From assembly GCA_000320545.1 (NCBI GenBank), contig ADNK01003463.1:1-40565 (forward strand): DNA of 40,565 bases, read 5' to 3'. The position numbers and the translations under genes were made by a program. The notes beneath the pieces were generated by a model, which did no database searches, was not told the origin of the DNA, and saw only the letters and a program-made list of their open reading frames with translations. How positions within the stretch are numbered: position 1 is the first letter of the stretch; each line of letters opens with the position of its first letter. Below, one piece after another: positions 1 through 10,538 of the stretch. This DNA is from Bigelowiella natans CCMP2755 (taxonomy: Eukaryota > Protista > Cercozoa).

Positions 1-227
1 CCACGCATATACATCGAATCGATACCACTCTCCTCTGAGGGCTTTTTGGATCCCAACTTGGTGACTTTCCAAAGGGAAAATTTAGCCCTGAAAGGGGGGA
101 ACAAACACAAGAACCCATTCCACACGAGAGGGTTACCGGGTGAGTGAGGGTGGGGGGGGGCTTTTGAAGGGGGGGGGGGGGGGGGGAAAATATTATTTCT
201 TCCAAATTGAAAACGCTCCCTGCATAT

Positions 228-288
<61 letters not shown>

Positions 289-298
289 TGGCCATCAG

Positions 299-547
299 AC
301 GAAAGTACACTCTGGAATGAAGCTGGTTGGTGGAGGAGAGAAGAGCTCATATTCACTCGATATTAGTGTTAGTTGCGAGTAGTGGCACCAAATGCGTGCC
401 TTCTTAGGCTCCACGCCTTTGCCTTCGCGCGAAGAATCCGCGATGATTCATACCACCTAGCATGTGATAGTGCCGTGTGTAGTTTGACGGTCGTGACAGG
501 GCATCTTCCGCCTTTAATGAATCCACCTGAAAATAGAAATATCATAG

Positions 548-586
<39 letters not shown>

Positions 587-880
587 ACATATAAATTATA
601 TTGATTGATATATGTAATGTCGTATCTTATCTATTAACGTGACGGCTAACCCTAACACACACAGATCCAGGTGCTCCGAATACAAGCAGGCTACAACGCT
701 TTCAGCGCCCATTGTGTATGTGGCCTTCGCCATTTGAGACAGGATGATGACGCGTTTCTCCCCCCTCCCCCACCTCCCCCGACAATTCGCCGCGTGGCCA
801 ATGATTTTGTGTTTTGCGGTGTGAAGTATTGCCGTTTTGTGACTGGCATCGGTGGTGATAATTTACATATTTATTGTTAG

Positions 881-918
<38 letters not shown>

Positions 919-1111
919 CATAATATTTTGTACATTCTTTTTTTTATATATGCGCGTTGTGCTTATTCTCTTCTATGTTCGCGATCAGGCTGCCGAGATG
1001 AGCAGTGAGAATCTTGACTTCTGGAAGGCCGTCGAGCAGTACCAAACCATGTCGCAGGTCATCAGCTCTATATGGATGCATTGCTATTTTATAATAAGGA
1101 ATTATACATAT

Positions 1112-1182
<71 letters not shown>

Positions 1183-2126
1183 TGGTGGATATCAACAGGT
1201 TAAACATCGCGAAATTCGTGCAAGAAACATCATGGAGACTTTCATCTGGGAGGATTCTCCCCTGCAGGTATTGAGATGATTGATACATGCTTATCAACGT
1301 CGATGGTAGTCGCCACGCGACAGCATATACAGATACGAACGTCGCGCTGCTAGGTTCTGTGAGGGGATGGAGGGGTGGGGGGAGGGAATGAAGCTGTTTC
1401 TGCTTCTACTTTGCCTAATTTCTCCTTTGCTATTCTCTCTCCCCTCCCCCCCCACCATCTCTATTTGTGTGTGTGTGTGTGTGTGCTGCTTGTGATAGAT
1501 TAACATAAATGCAAAGCATCGACATGAGATCGAGGCCTTCTTCAAGGAAAACAAGTCCTCTCTCATCCCTGCGAACAAACAATCAATAAACCAACAGCAC
1601 TATTCTCATCGTCATCATCATCATCGTCATCATCATCATCATCGTCATCATCATCAGCAGCATCATCATCGTCATCATCATCATCATCATCAATAATGCC
1701 TTGCAGCATTGCGTATCACATTTGAAATTTAACACCGATTCTCTCCTTCTGTGCACTAACTAACCATCCCAGGCTAAATAATGACCTCTTTGACAAGGCA
1801 CAGAAAGAAGTCTACGACCTCATGCTAAAGGATTCGTATGCAAGGTAACGAGAGGGGGGGTGGTGGGGGGGGGAGCATGATGAGATGATGAGGCATACAG
1901 GCATTAGATCGACAGGTTATTTGCTTCTATATTCTTCCTGCTAAGAGATCATAAAGTAAGGGGGGGGTAAGTTTAGGGAGGGGAGGGGGGGGGATTCCAT
2001 CCTAATTAACGAGTTGACTGCGTAATACGAAACTTGCTGTCATTCATTCGCTCCTGCAGATTCAAAAACTCCGACACGTTCAAATCGTTCATCCAAAGCT
2101 TTCAAACCTACGGCCGCCATTTGTAG
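299..2126 (+). CDS. RGS-domain (regulator of G-protein signalling) protein, 3' part, spliced
   Basis: Manual splicing of exons 299-367 (tentative), 671-715, 989-1057, 1199-1267, 1499-1554, 1773-1844 and 2060-2126 (all GT..AG, phases consistent) gives VLRIQAGYNAFSAHC-AAEMSSENLDFWKAVEQYQTMSQ-VKHREIRARNIMETFIWEDSPLQ-ININAKHRHEIEAFFKENK-LNNDLFDKAQKEVYDLMLKDSYAR-FKNSDTF, matching RGS motifs (E-S-ENL-FW, F-SP-QINI, FD-AQ-EVY-LM-DSY-RF). The 5' end probably lies outside the window. Confidence 0.93.
1606..1693. repeat. (CAT)n microsatellite inside RGS intron 1555-1772
   Basis: Direct CAT repeats with occasional CGT/CAG units. Confidence 0.9.
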
Positions 2127-3292
2127 CAGTGGTTCGCGACGAATCGGAGGGAGGGGGGGGGGGGGGACTTCCCGGACATGGAACGCCACAAATTCATGTT
2201 TGTGAGTGCGTGCGTTTGGTGTGTAAGACACGTTCTAGCGTTGTTGAATTCCGTAACCGATACGATGGCGGCAAATAGAAATTTAGAAATTATAAGCAAG
2301 TGAATGATCGACGCAATAAAATCTAGATTGGGCAAGCTAGCATGTCAAGAAGTGCCGCATGTTTGTCTACAGGGTGTGAATTCATTTTCCATCCATCATG
2401 GCTCTAGAATTTGACCCAACGTAAATCCGTAGCGCCATCACGCATGTCTAGATGTGTCAGCATGCACCTCCACCTCCCCATACTTCTCTAGCAGCTTCTC
2501 TCGCTCGTATTGCCTAGGCTCGCGCATGCTAGCATATTAGCACATCTCATTCCACATGCATCGTGTTGACGATGACTAGCTAGCTAGCGTGAGTCACGCA
2601 AGTCTAGAAGTGCATGCAGCAGGTCTTCTGATCGCATGAACCAGCAGACTGCTGGTGGGATCTGCCAGACGCACATCCAAATTTTGACTCACAGCTGCTT
2701 CATGTTTTTGCTTGTCGATATTATTCGATCACGCATGCATGATGAACATGCATGGCAAGTGTAACTACAACTTCATCACATGATTAACACATGTCGCCCG
2801 CTCTCGCATGCTAGCATGGCAACACCTAGCTAGCTAGCTAGCAATGTGCGTCCTCGCATGAACAATCGAACGAGCGGCTACATCTAGTACATCGCTCATG
2901 TTGTGTCCACGTTTGTGTCCATCTGCGCCATCATTTGCCAATTGCGTGTTTCATCATGCATGCATTATTTGAGCAAGCATCGCAGGCTAGTAGCAGGCAC
3001 TGTTGTGCGGTAGGTGACGTGGAAAGAAGGCAAACAGCTGCACCAGTTGTGCACATGTGTGGTTTGCTGCTGCTAGCTGTGGCGCATGTTTGCGATTAGG
3101 ACATGTGTTGTTCATGGTGGAATGTGTTGTTCTTAACCGCACACGTGTACGAAAACGAAGCTGATGTGGTTTGTGGGTACACAACTAGAGGCCCACATGT
3201 GCATTGTCGGAGACAACACGTGCGCAGGCTCTAGGACACGTAAAGCATCCACAGTGCACATCCAAATGCACATGTACGCAGAGCTCGCGTGT

Positions 3293-4400
3293 TTATTCTT
3301 CGTTTTGCTTTCCATCCTCGTTTTGCTTTCCATCCTCGTTTTGCTTAATTTGAGCTTGGGCCATTTTGGGCGCTTGCGTAAGAAAAGACTTCAGATTGTG
3401 AAATTGTTGACTGCCAATGCTAACCATAGCATGAGGTTCGAACATTTTAAATTTGGGAACTGTTGTCGATATTGCACAAGTTGCCGGATACATCTGTGAA
3501 ACATCATCAAATTATCATAACTGCAATGTGTATACTCTGAATGTTGTCCTTACTTTCATTTCTTTCTCGCAGAACTCGTTGAGTTTTTCTAGCGCTGGGA
3601 TGGTTTCTTTGTTGTATGCATCGTAAAGCCTCTTGAATTCATCTTCCGTTTTCTGCGTTCTCCTTTTAAACCTATCTTCCAATTCCTGACGTTCCTTTTC
3701 CTGTTAAGATATACTGTTGTCTAAGCGAATGTGATGCCCAGCTTCCATATTTATGAAAAGATTTCATGTGACAAGGTCTAGGCACGTGCAAAGCAACGAA
3801 GTTCTTTAGCGGTAAAAAAAAATAAACCCGCCTCCACGATAGAGTCACCAAAATCACGGTTCAACACAGTATTGTCGATGCGCTCGGGTTCAACCTTTTC
3901 CTCCTTGAGTAGCTCTGTGTGATCCTTCATGCATTGTCTCCACAGCGTTACAGGTGGCCCAGTCACAACTTTATCGCCCATGACCTAAATATACATGTTC
4001 AGGAGCAGTTGATCGCACATGTGTGCATAGCACCTTTCTCCATGTCTCAAAATCCTCCCAATTCCGTGGGAATCCAGAAACGAACATATTCCTGAGACAG
4101 ACACGATTCAAGATGCGTCGAAAATCTCTCGTGGATAGTGTACCATCCATTCTTCTCGAGAAGCTCTTTTTCTAAAAGTCCGACGAGTATTTCACTTGAA
4201 GCTTGTTTACCTTCCTGACAAATTAATCCTGATGACTGAACGAACAAAGACTGCCATTTTAATGTGCCCACCTTTTCGCAGTTGTCAAGAAGACGCTTGC
4301 AATCGATATTCGACGTGAATTCGAACCCTTCGCTATAATAAGCACTGACGAGACAGTCACACACTCGCTCCTAAAAAATCCACTTTCAGTGTTTGAGAAG
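3293..4400 (-). CDS. Hypothetical spliced or fragmented protein of unknown function, partly coiled-coil
   Basis: Successive protein-like minus-strand frames (4047-4364, 3778-3981, a charged stretch QEKERQELEDRFKRRTQKTEDEFKRLYDAYNKE near 3610-3700, and 3293-3493 ending in 18-bp KQNEDG repeats). No family recognised; exon structure unresolved. Confidence 0.4.
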
Positions 4401-5171
4401 AGATTTTCTTTTTCTAAAATGAACCGGAATTCCAGGCGGTCCTTGAACGAAAAGGACGATAGGTTTTTTGGTTTCGTCTGCTCGTTTTGGCTCCGTGTCC
4501 TCTTTTCTTGTCGATGGTCCGCACCCCATGTTGGTAATTGCACCTTTTGCAGATCTGGATTGTGTGGATGCAGATATTATTGATCTGGGTCTAGATCTAG
4601 ATCTAGATCTAGATAAATATTCGAATCTTTGTTGTAACGACGTGAGGACGATGATAATGGACGATCTTTGCTGAAATCACCTTAAGAACAACTCCGATGT
4701 TTTTGGTGATTACCAGGATTACCTAAAAATCCCGGTAACTACAACGGCATCCAGGAAATCTAGGACATCTCGGCTCGTTAAGAGGGTTTTTTTCGTGAAA
4801 ATATCAAATCGGTTGTATTTTGGTTGATTTCGCAGGTATCGCAAAATTGTTTTGAAAAATGAATTTATTTTCTCAGGCCAGAATGCTCATAGTCGCACCC
4901 GGGGAATGCTCGAGAATGCTTGCATCGTGCGGCGTTTCAATCGGCAGGCAAAAAATGCTGCATCAACCTCTCTTGATGCATGACCCCATGTGCTGCATTT
5001 CTTCGACTTGTTCTGCGGGATGTGATTGGGGTTGGGTCAGGCAAACGTTCACCTCGTTGACAACAGGAATTGCACCAAGTCACTTGCGTTCTTCTTCTTC
5101 TCGTTCCTCTTGTTGGCCTTTCTAGCTTTGGCAAACTTGAAACCGAGCTTGGTTGTCCACTTTGGAGACAA

Positions 5172-5497
5172 TGTTGCGCGTAAGGTGTTCACAGGCCGAG
5201 GCGCTACGTGCACAAGTAGGCAGGGGGGGGGAAAGGCACGTTTGCTTCCTTTTGAAGAGTTGTGTTTATTTTTATTAAAGATTATATTTTTATTAAATCG
5301 TGCACTGCGTAATCATTCGCGAAGCTTTCGCGAATGCCGCCGCACGTGGGGCAGCACACTTCCGGTGTGCTGCCATGAGTCCCGCCGGAACCCACGTGCC
5401 TATGCTGTATTAATATCTACGTTATCTATATTCTATATCCGCGACAACCCCTTTGTTGTCGCACGTGACTTGTGCCCGCGTAGTGGTACGCGCTACA
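5172..5497 (-). repeat. 3' LTR (326 bp)
   Basis: TGTTGCGCGTA...TACGCGCTACA (10/11 terminal inverted repeat); matches 10562-10887; minus-strand TATA-like tract near 5422-5437 and AATAAA signals near 5265-5294. Confidence 0.96.
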
Positions 5498-5505
5498 CCT
5501 CCCCC
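5498..5505 (-). other. Polypurine tract
   Basis: Minus strand reads GGGGGAGG directly before the TG of the 3' LTR. Confidence 0.75.
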
Positions 5506-5548
5506 AAGTCACGTTGCTCCTTCCTTCCTTCCTTATTCCCTTAGACCT

Positions 5549-8500
5549 TCATCGCTTTCGGAACTTCACCAACCACCAGGTAATAGATTCCTCTCTAACC
5601 TTATCTCCTTTGTCGCTTACCCAGAACTCACCTTCGTCCTTAGGTTCGTGTCCATACCAGCCCTCTGCATCAAGGTCCCCCAGGACCTTATACCAGTGCT
5701 CAAAGGGTAAGTCGGGAACAGCTAGGTAGAGTAGCTGATATTTTCCGTCCTTTATTTTCATAGCTACCCTCTCCATATTTCGTAATCCAGGGTAGCCTAG
5801 ATAGACAATCTTCATGCGCCAATCGTCGTTCACCCTGACCTTATTGTTTCCATATTCCACATCGAACTTAGGTCGGGGTCCTAAACAAGGCATTGCTCGC
5901 TCCCACACAGTAGGGTTTACTTTAACATCCTCTAGGAGCTTCTCACCGATATCATAATTCTTTAGGTGACTGATGTGGCGCAAGGTGACCCTGTTCCCAT
6001 CATAGATGTAGTACTGCTTCCTCCCCTTCCTCTCGGTAACCTTTGCAACGCCACCCCAGAAGGGGTCTTGTTTATTTCTCGATCTCAGATTTACCTTGGC
6101 CCTAACATACTGTCCTTCCTTTAGAACTCGGCCATCGTACGGGACCTTCTCGTCTTCGCTCTCGGTATCGTCGTCGTTGTCGTCGCCTTCTTCCCTCTCC
6201 TTATCCTTGATACCTCCCCCAGACGTGAAGGTGTCGTTTACTAACCCTTGTATCTTGTCTGGTGTGGTGCTATTTATCCTGCTTAGGTTGGCCAAGGTGC
6301 GGTGGAGTCGCTCTACCTTGGAGTTGGACTGGGCATAGTATACAGGTGAGGCATCAATATTAGGGTGTGGTAGCTGTAGAAGAGAGGTCTCATTATCCAC
6401 ATGTAACTTCTTTGGTATCTTGTTTATGCTAACTTCATCAGGGATAGCCTGGAGCTCAGACTCCCAGGTACGGTAGCAGTTAGTAAGCCTCTGCTTATAT
6501 AAGCCTTTGTTCTTCTTAGCAACGTTGACCTTGATAATCTTTTTAACCCAGCACTTTCCAGTGGCCACATCAACGAAGGTAAGGTAGTGATAGCCATCGT
6601 ACTTATAAACATCAATTTGCACGATATCTAAGAAGTTCCTTGCTTTGATTTTCTTAGATGCACGGCTCTTGCTGGACTCCTTGGTGGCGACGCCTGCCGC
6701 CTTCAAGCTGGAGCACCTGCAGCCACGCAGGTATGTCCTTATCTCTTTTAGCTTGTAGGGCCAGTAGTAATGGTAGAGTAGAGCAGTGATATGGTTTTCT
6801 CCTACGTGTGCAGGTCCATGGGCGGTAAAGAGAAGGGCTCCCCTGGTCCGCCGTGGCACGTAGGTACGCCTAACATTATTAGTGTATACATATATCCTAT
6901 CACTAAGTACCTCATGCTTGTGTTTGTATTTATCCAGGTGTTCTTGAAGGTGCTGGAGCTCCTCTGGCTCAGGCAGGAAGTCGCCGTCCTCGAAGGTAAT
7001 CGCGTTAACCATAGGGGTGACCTGGGTAGGGACTTTCTTTTCGAACAGCCTGCTGAAATAGTCAGCAAGCTGCTTGTCTCCTGGTGCGTAGACCACTGTC
7101 CTCTTGTCCCTAAACTCTTCCGTGTCCGCCCTCATAGCTGCATACTCATCGTTAGGCGCTTCGAGCTTGCGGTCGATGCCTAGGAGGGGCTTGTGGTCAG
7201 TCATTAAGGTGAAGCTGGGCACCGACAGCAGGTAGTATCTTAGTTTCCTCTGCGCCTCAGTCATGGCTTTATACTCTCCTTTTGTAGGGCTGTACTTGGC
7301 CTCAGCTGCTGTGCAGGCCCTGCCCCACACCCGTATGATCTGCTGGTCTTGGGTAAGTACAGCAGCCATACCTAGCTTAGACCAGTCTGTCCATAGGGTA
7401 GCTGGTCTAGTAGTGTCTAGCTTAGCATTCAATAGGGTGTTGCTGCATAACTTTATTAGGTTATCGAAGTGGGCATCAAGGCCAGCCTTGGCCCACACCT
7501 TAGCGAAGCTGAGGCCTACAGAGTTCTCCTTCCGGTAAGCAGTAGTAAAAGCAGCTGCAGTCCTAGCGTAGGTAGGGGAGAACCTACGTAGTATCCAAGC
7601 TGCAGTCTGCAAGAATGACTTTAACTCCTTTGCATTCTTAGGTTTAGGGGCTTGCTGTAGTGCTGCTACTTTCTCGGGGTTTGGGGTGATGCGGCCTTGC
7701 TCCAGGTAATATCCACACCACTTGATTCTTGTAGCTAGGAATGTACACTTCTGCAGTCTAATAGTAAAACCGAAGTGTGCAAACCTAATAAATATATTTT
7801 CCAGGAGGAAGATCTGAGCGACGACTGTGTTGGTACATATTATGTCATCATCCACATACACAAACACAAACACCCACAACACAGACGCCATCCCATCATG
7901 TGTGTATGCCCTGTAGTTCTGACTACTGAACGCATCCCCTGATATGCTTAGGCCGTAAGGGAATACGACGAAGTGCCACTTCCTGTGCCTGCTGGAGAAC
8001 GCGGTAATGGGGCGGGAGGTTTTGTGGATGGGTGTCTGCATGTATGATTCATTTTTATCTAGGGAAGAGTAGTATTTGTATCCTATGACGTGTTCAATAA
8101 CGTCATCTATCCTTGGTGTAGGTGTCTGGATCCTCTTTATTACTCGGTTGTGGCGGATGAAGTTGTGCGCCAGGCGGAAGAAAGGGTAAGTAGGTTTCTT
8201 AGCTAGCACATGTCTCACGTTCCATGGTGAGTTGCTTGGCTCTATCTTCCCTTCCTTTGCCCATTCATTGATCTGCCACTCTATCTTTTCCCAGTCCGCT
8301 TCCGGTCGCCTATGTTCTGGGTCATTGATGATGCACTCTTCGTATCCCTTCTTTAGCTCGATCTTTACTGGGGTAAGCTTGCTGGAGGGCTTCGTCGTCG
8401 GCTTGGTGATGTCAGAGTACTTCTCGTTTAATATTTTATTAATGTACTTTTTGCCTTTGTCGATATCCCAATCATCAGCTGGGGGGGTCTTGTCCAGTAG

Positions 8501-10522
8501 CTCCGTTATCTGTCGGATGGTCTTGCCGGGGTTCTTCTTCCGTAGCTCGGTAGGTGTAGGTAGCTTGTTGTCCGCTAGGTCCATAAACTCTAACGCATTA
8601 ACGCTTGACTCAGAGGTCCACTCGTCAAGCCGTATCATGTTCTGGCTGATGGTCCTGCCTGACTTCTTTGGCAACTTAGCAAAGTATATCTTGTGATTGT
8701 AGAATGATATGATCCCCCCTAATTTTTCTAGGGCATCCTGTCCGAGGAGTAGTTCCATGGATAAAGTCATGGCTACTCGGGTCTTGATTTGGGTCTCCGC
8801 GTCGCTGCCAGGTATCTGTAGCTTTAGCATTAGCTCACCGACGGTCTTCATGGAAGAGCTTCCGTCTGCTTGAGCATATTTACGTTCTTTCTTAGTCACT
8901 TGATCCAATAGTCCTAACCTTCTTACTGTGCTTAGGCTTATGAAGGACTTCGGCATGCTGCCACTATCCCAAAGGGCAGGTAGTTTCTTGTAGTCTCCGT
9001 AGCTGTCTTTAACTTTAACCTTGGTCATAGCAACTTTGATAGTCCTGTTAGCGTCTTCGTCATTAATGTTGCATACTCCTAAGTTCTTTATGTCGTCTAG
9101 GGTCATGGGCTTGTCTTGGTCCTGCGTTGCTGGTACTGCTGTCTTCGTCGGCGCCTGCTTAAGGTGATCTAATATTCCGTTTATCTGCTGCTGTATAGCA
9201 TTGATACTGTTCTGCTTTTTGTTCTTATATTTATTGTTCTTCCCGTTGTTGCTGCCTTGCCATTTGCTGTTGTTATATCCTTGTCCTCTGCCTTTCTTTC
9301 TCTTTAACTTCTCGTAGTGTTCGTTGAGCTGCCTGATCGTCATCCTGGGTCGTCCTTCTTTCCTGTCTCTGCAGTCTTTAGCGGTGTGTTTCCCTTTACG
9401 TGAGCAGTATCCGCAACGTCGGTTACCTTCCCTGTCCTTGTACCAGTCTCGCTGCGGCTTAATAGCGTTAATGTTTCCTATGCCAGGTACCTTAGGGCTG
9501 GTAAACTTGCGGTCCTGCTCCTGCTCGCGTAGGGATATAGCCTGCACTGCTGCCTCCATCGTGGTGTAGCCTTTCTCCGTAACGTAAGTGGATTCCTTTA
9601 TCTTTAACTTGAACTCTTCAAACCTTGCCTGATCATCACCTGTGTTGTAATTAAAATCATGTAGTTCGTCGATCATATCCTGGAAGCGCGTGGCAAAGTC
9701 TCTAACAGGTTCTCTCTCATGCTGCATCATTGCTCTGTATTTTCTAATAGCCTGGGGTAGGGAGTTAGCATCCTGTTCATTTACAAAAGCCTTCATTATC
9801 GCCTCAACGTCTCGTAGCCCACTAACTGTAGTGTGTATTTTCTCTAGCTGCCTGATCCGGGTCCTGCCTGTCTCGTAAAGGTCCATGGCTTGCTTTATTA
9901 TAGCTAGCCATTTGAGCTTGTCGTTTTCGGTGGGGTTAGGGGTAAAGTCGCAGAGTATACTCCTAGCGTTCTTCCACCACCTCCTTGCCTCACCTCTTTT
10001 CCCGTTGTATTTCGTTATCATAACCGGTGCTGTTTTAACAGACATGAACTGGGTGTTCCGCTGTACCGGCTGCTGCTGCTTGACGGTGCTCTGGGTCGTC
10101 CCCCGCGAGGCGCCCAGACCCCCGTCGTTCCTAAACAAAGCTGCCCACTCTGGAGGTAAGTCTGCTTCGTAATCCATGATGTCCTGCATGATAGCTGCCC
10201 AAACATCATGTGTCTGATACTTGTATTCTATCGATACTTTCAGTTTGGCGTAGTTGCTCGCCCTGGGTCGCAAGGCTCGTAATGCCATTACGACCTTCTT
10301 GCTTTCGGCGGCCACGTCCTCGTCGTCCGCCTCGTAGAAGTTCTCCAGTGCCTCTGCTGCTGCATCTGCTTTCTTAATCCCGGGTGCTGGTCCCGGCGGT
10401 GCCTGTGGAGGTGTTCCTCCTCCTTCCTTAGCGTCCGTATCGCCCTTCCTTTCCTGTTTCTGCTCGTGCCCTTGCACGGCCTGCGAGCCAAAGTCCTGCT
10501 GTTCTTCTAGCTGCTGTGACAT
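5549..10522 (-). CDS. Gag-Pol polyprotein, 1657 aa, single ORF: Gag with Zn knuckle, aspartic protease, reverse transcriptase, RNase H, integrase, C-terminal extension
   Basis: CGYCSRKGKHTAKDC zinc knuckle; ALWDSGS protease; IEPSNSPWN, TAF, FPYGL and YVDD of RT; WTDWS, TDHKPL and ADYFSR of RNase H; H-x3-H...YYWP...CRC, QIDV, VDNE and SNSKVER of integrase. Confidence 0.97.
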   Translation of the reverse strand: MSQQLEEQQDFGSQAVQGHEQKQERKGDTDAKEGGGTPPQAPPGPAPGIKKADAAAEALENFYEADDEDVAAESKKVVMALRALRPRASNYAKLKVSIEYKYQTHDVWAAIMQDIMDYEADLPPEWAALFRNDGGLGASRGTTQSTVKQQQPVQRNTQFMSVKTAPVMITKYNGKRGEARRWWKNARSILCDFTPNPTENDKLKWLAIIKQAMDLYETGRTRIRQLEKIHTTVSGLRDVEAIMKAFVNEQDANSLPQAIRKYRAMMQHEREPVRDFATRFQDMIDELHDFNYNTGDDQARFEEFKLKIKESTYVTEKGYTTMEAAVQAISLREQEQDRKFTSPKVPGIGNINAIKPQRDWYKDREGNRRCGYCSRKGKHTAKDCRDRKEGRPRMTIRQLNEHYEKLKRKKGRGQGYNNSKWQGSNNGKNNKYKNKKQNSINAIQQQINGILDHLKQAPTKTAVPATQDQDKPMTLDDIKNLGVCNINDEDANRTIKVAMTKVKVKDSYGDYKKLPALWDSGSMPKSFISLSTVRRLGLLDQVTKKERKYAQADGSSSMKTVGELMLKLQIPGSDAETQIKTRVAMTLSMELLLGQDALEKLGGIISFYNHKIYFAKLPKKSGRTISQNMIRLDEWTSESSVNALEFMDLADNKLPTPTELRKKNPGKTIRQITELLDKTPPADDWDIDKGKKYINKILNEKYSDITKPTTKPSSKLTPVKIELKKGYEECIINDPEHRRPEADWEKIEWQINEWAKEGKIEPSNSPWNVRHVLAKKPTYPFFRLAHNFIRHNRVIKRIQTPTPRIDDVIEHVIGYKYYSSLDKNESYMQTPIHKTSRPITAFSSRHRKWHFVVFPYGLSISGDAFSSQNYRAYTHDGMASVLWVFVFVYVDDDIICTNTVVAQIFLLENIFIRFAHFGFTIRLQKCTFLATRIKWCGYYLEQGRITPNPEKVAALQQAPKPKNAKELKSFLQTAAWILRRFSPTYARTAAAFTTAYRKENSVGLSFAKVWAKAGLDAHFDNLIKLCSNTLLNAKLDTTRPATLWTDWSKLGMAAVLTQDQQIIRVWGRACTAAEAKYSPTKGEYKAMTEAQRKLRYYLLSVPSFTLMTDHKPLLGIDRKLEAPNDEYAAMRADTEEFRDKRTVVYAPGDKQLADYFSRLFEKKVPTQVTPMVNAITFEDGDFLPEPEELQHLQEHLDKYKHKHEVLSDRIYVYTNNVRRTYVPRRTRGALLFTAHGPAHVGENHITALLYHYYWPYKLKEIRTYLRGCRCSSLKAAGVATKESSKSRASKKIKARNFLDIVQIDVYKYDGYHYLTFVDVATGKCWVKKIIKVNVAKKNKGLYKQRLTNCYRTWESELQAIPDEVSINKIPKKLHVDNETSLLQLPHPNIDASPVYYAQSNSKVERLHRTLANLSRINSTTPDKIQGLVNDTFTSGGGIKDKEREEGDDNDDDTESEDEKVPYDGRVLKEGQYVRAKVNLRSRNKQDPFWGGVAKVTERKGRKQYYIYDGNRVTLRHISHLKNYDIGEKLLEDVKVNPTVWERAMPCLGPRPKFDVEYGNNKVRVNDDWRMKIVYLGYPGLRNMERVAMKIKDGKYQLLYLAVPDLPFEHWYKVLGDLDAEGWYGHEPKDEGEFWVSDKGDKVREESITWWLVKFRKR

Positions 10523-10538
10523 TGTTAGTCAAATCGTT

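Noticed and set aside
373-1297. ORFs with YIYIYI, CVCVCV, HTHTHT or LSLSLS runs (here and at 30-39 kb)
   Set aside because: Translations of intronic dinucleotide microsatellites.
1555-1772. Poly-His insertion in the RGS domain
   Set aside because: Removing 1555-1772 as a GT..AG intron restores a contiguous in-phase RGS domain.
5026-5544. 172-aa and 163-aa plus-strand ORFs (also 10545-11036) sharing sequence
   Set aside because: Antisense read-through of the identical LTRs.
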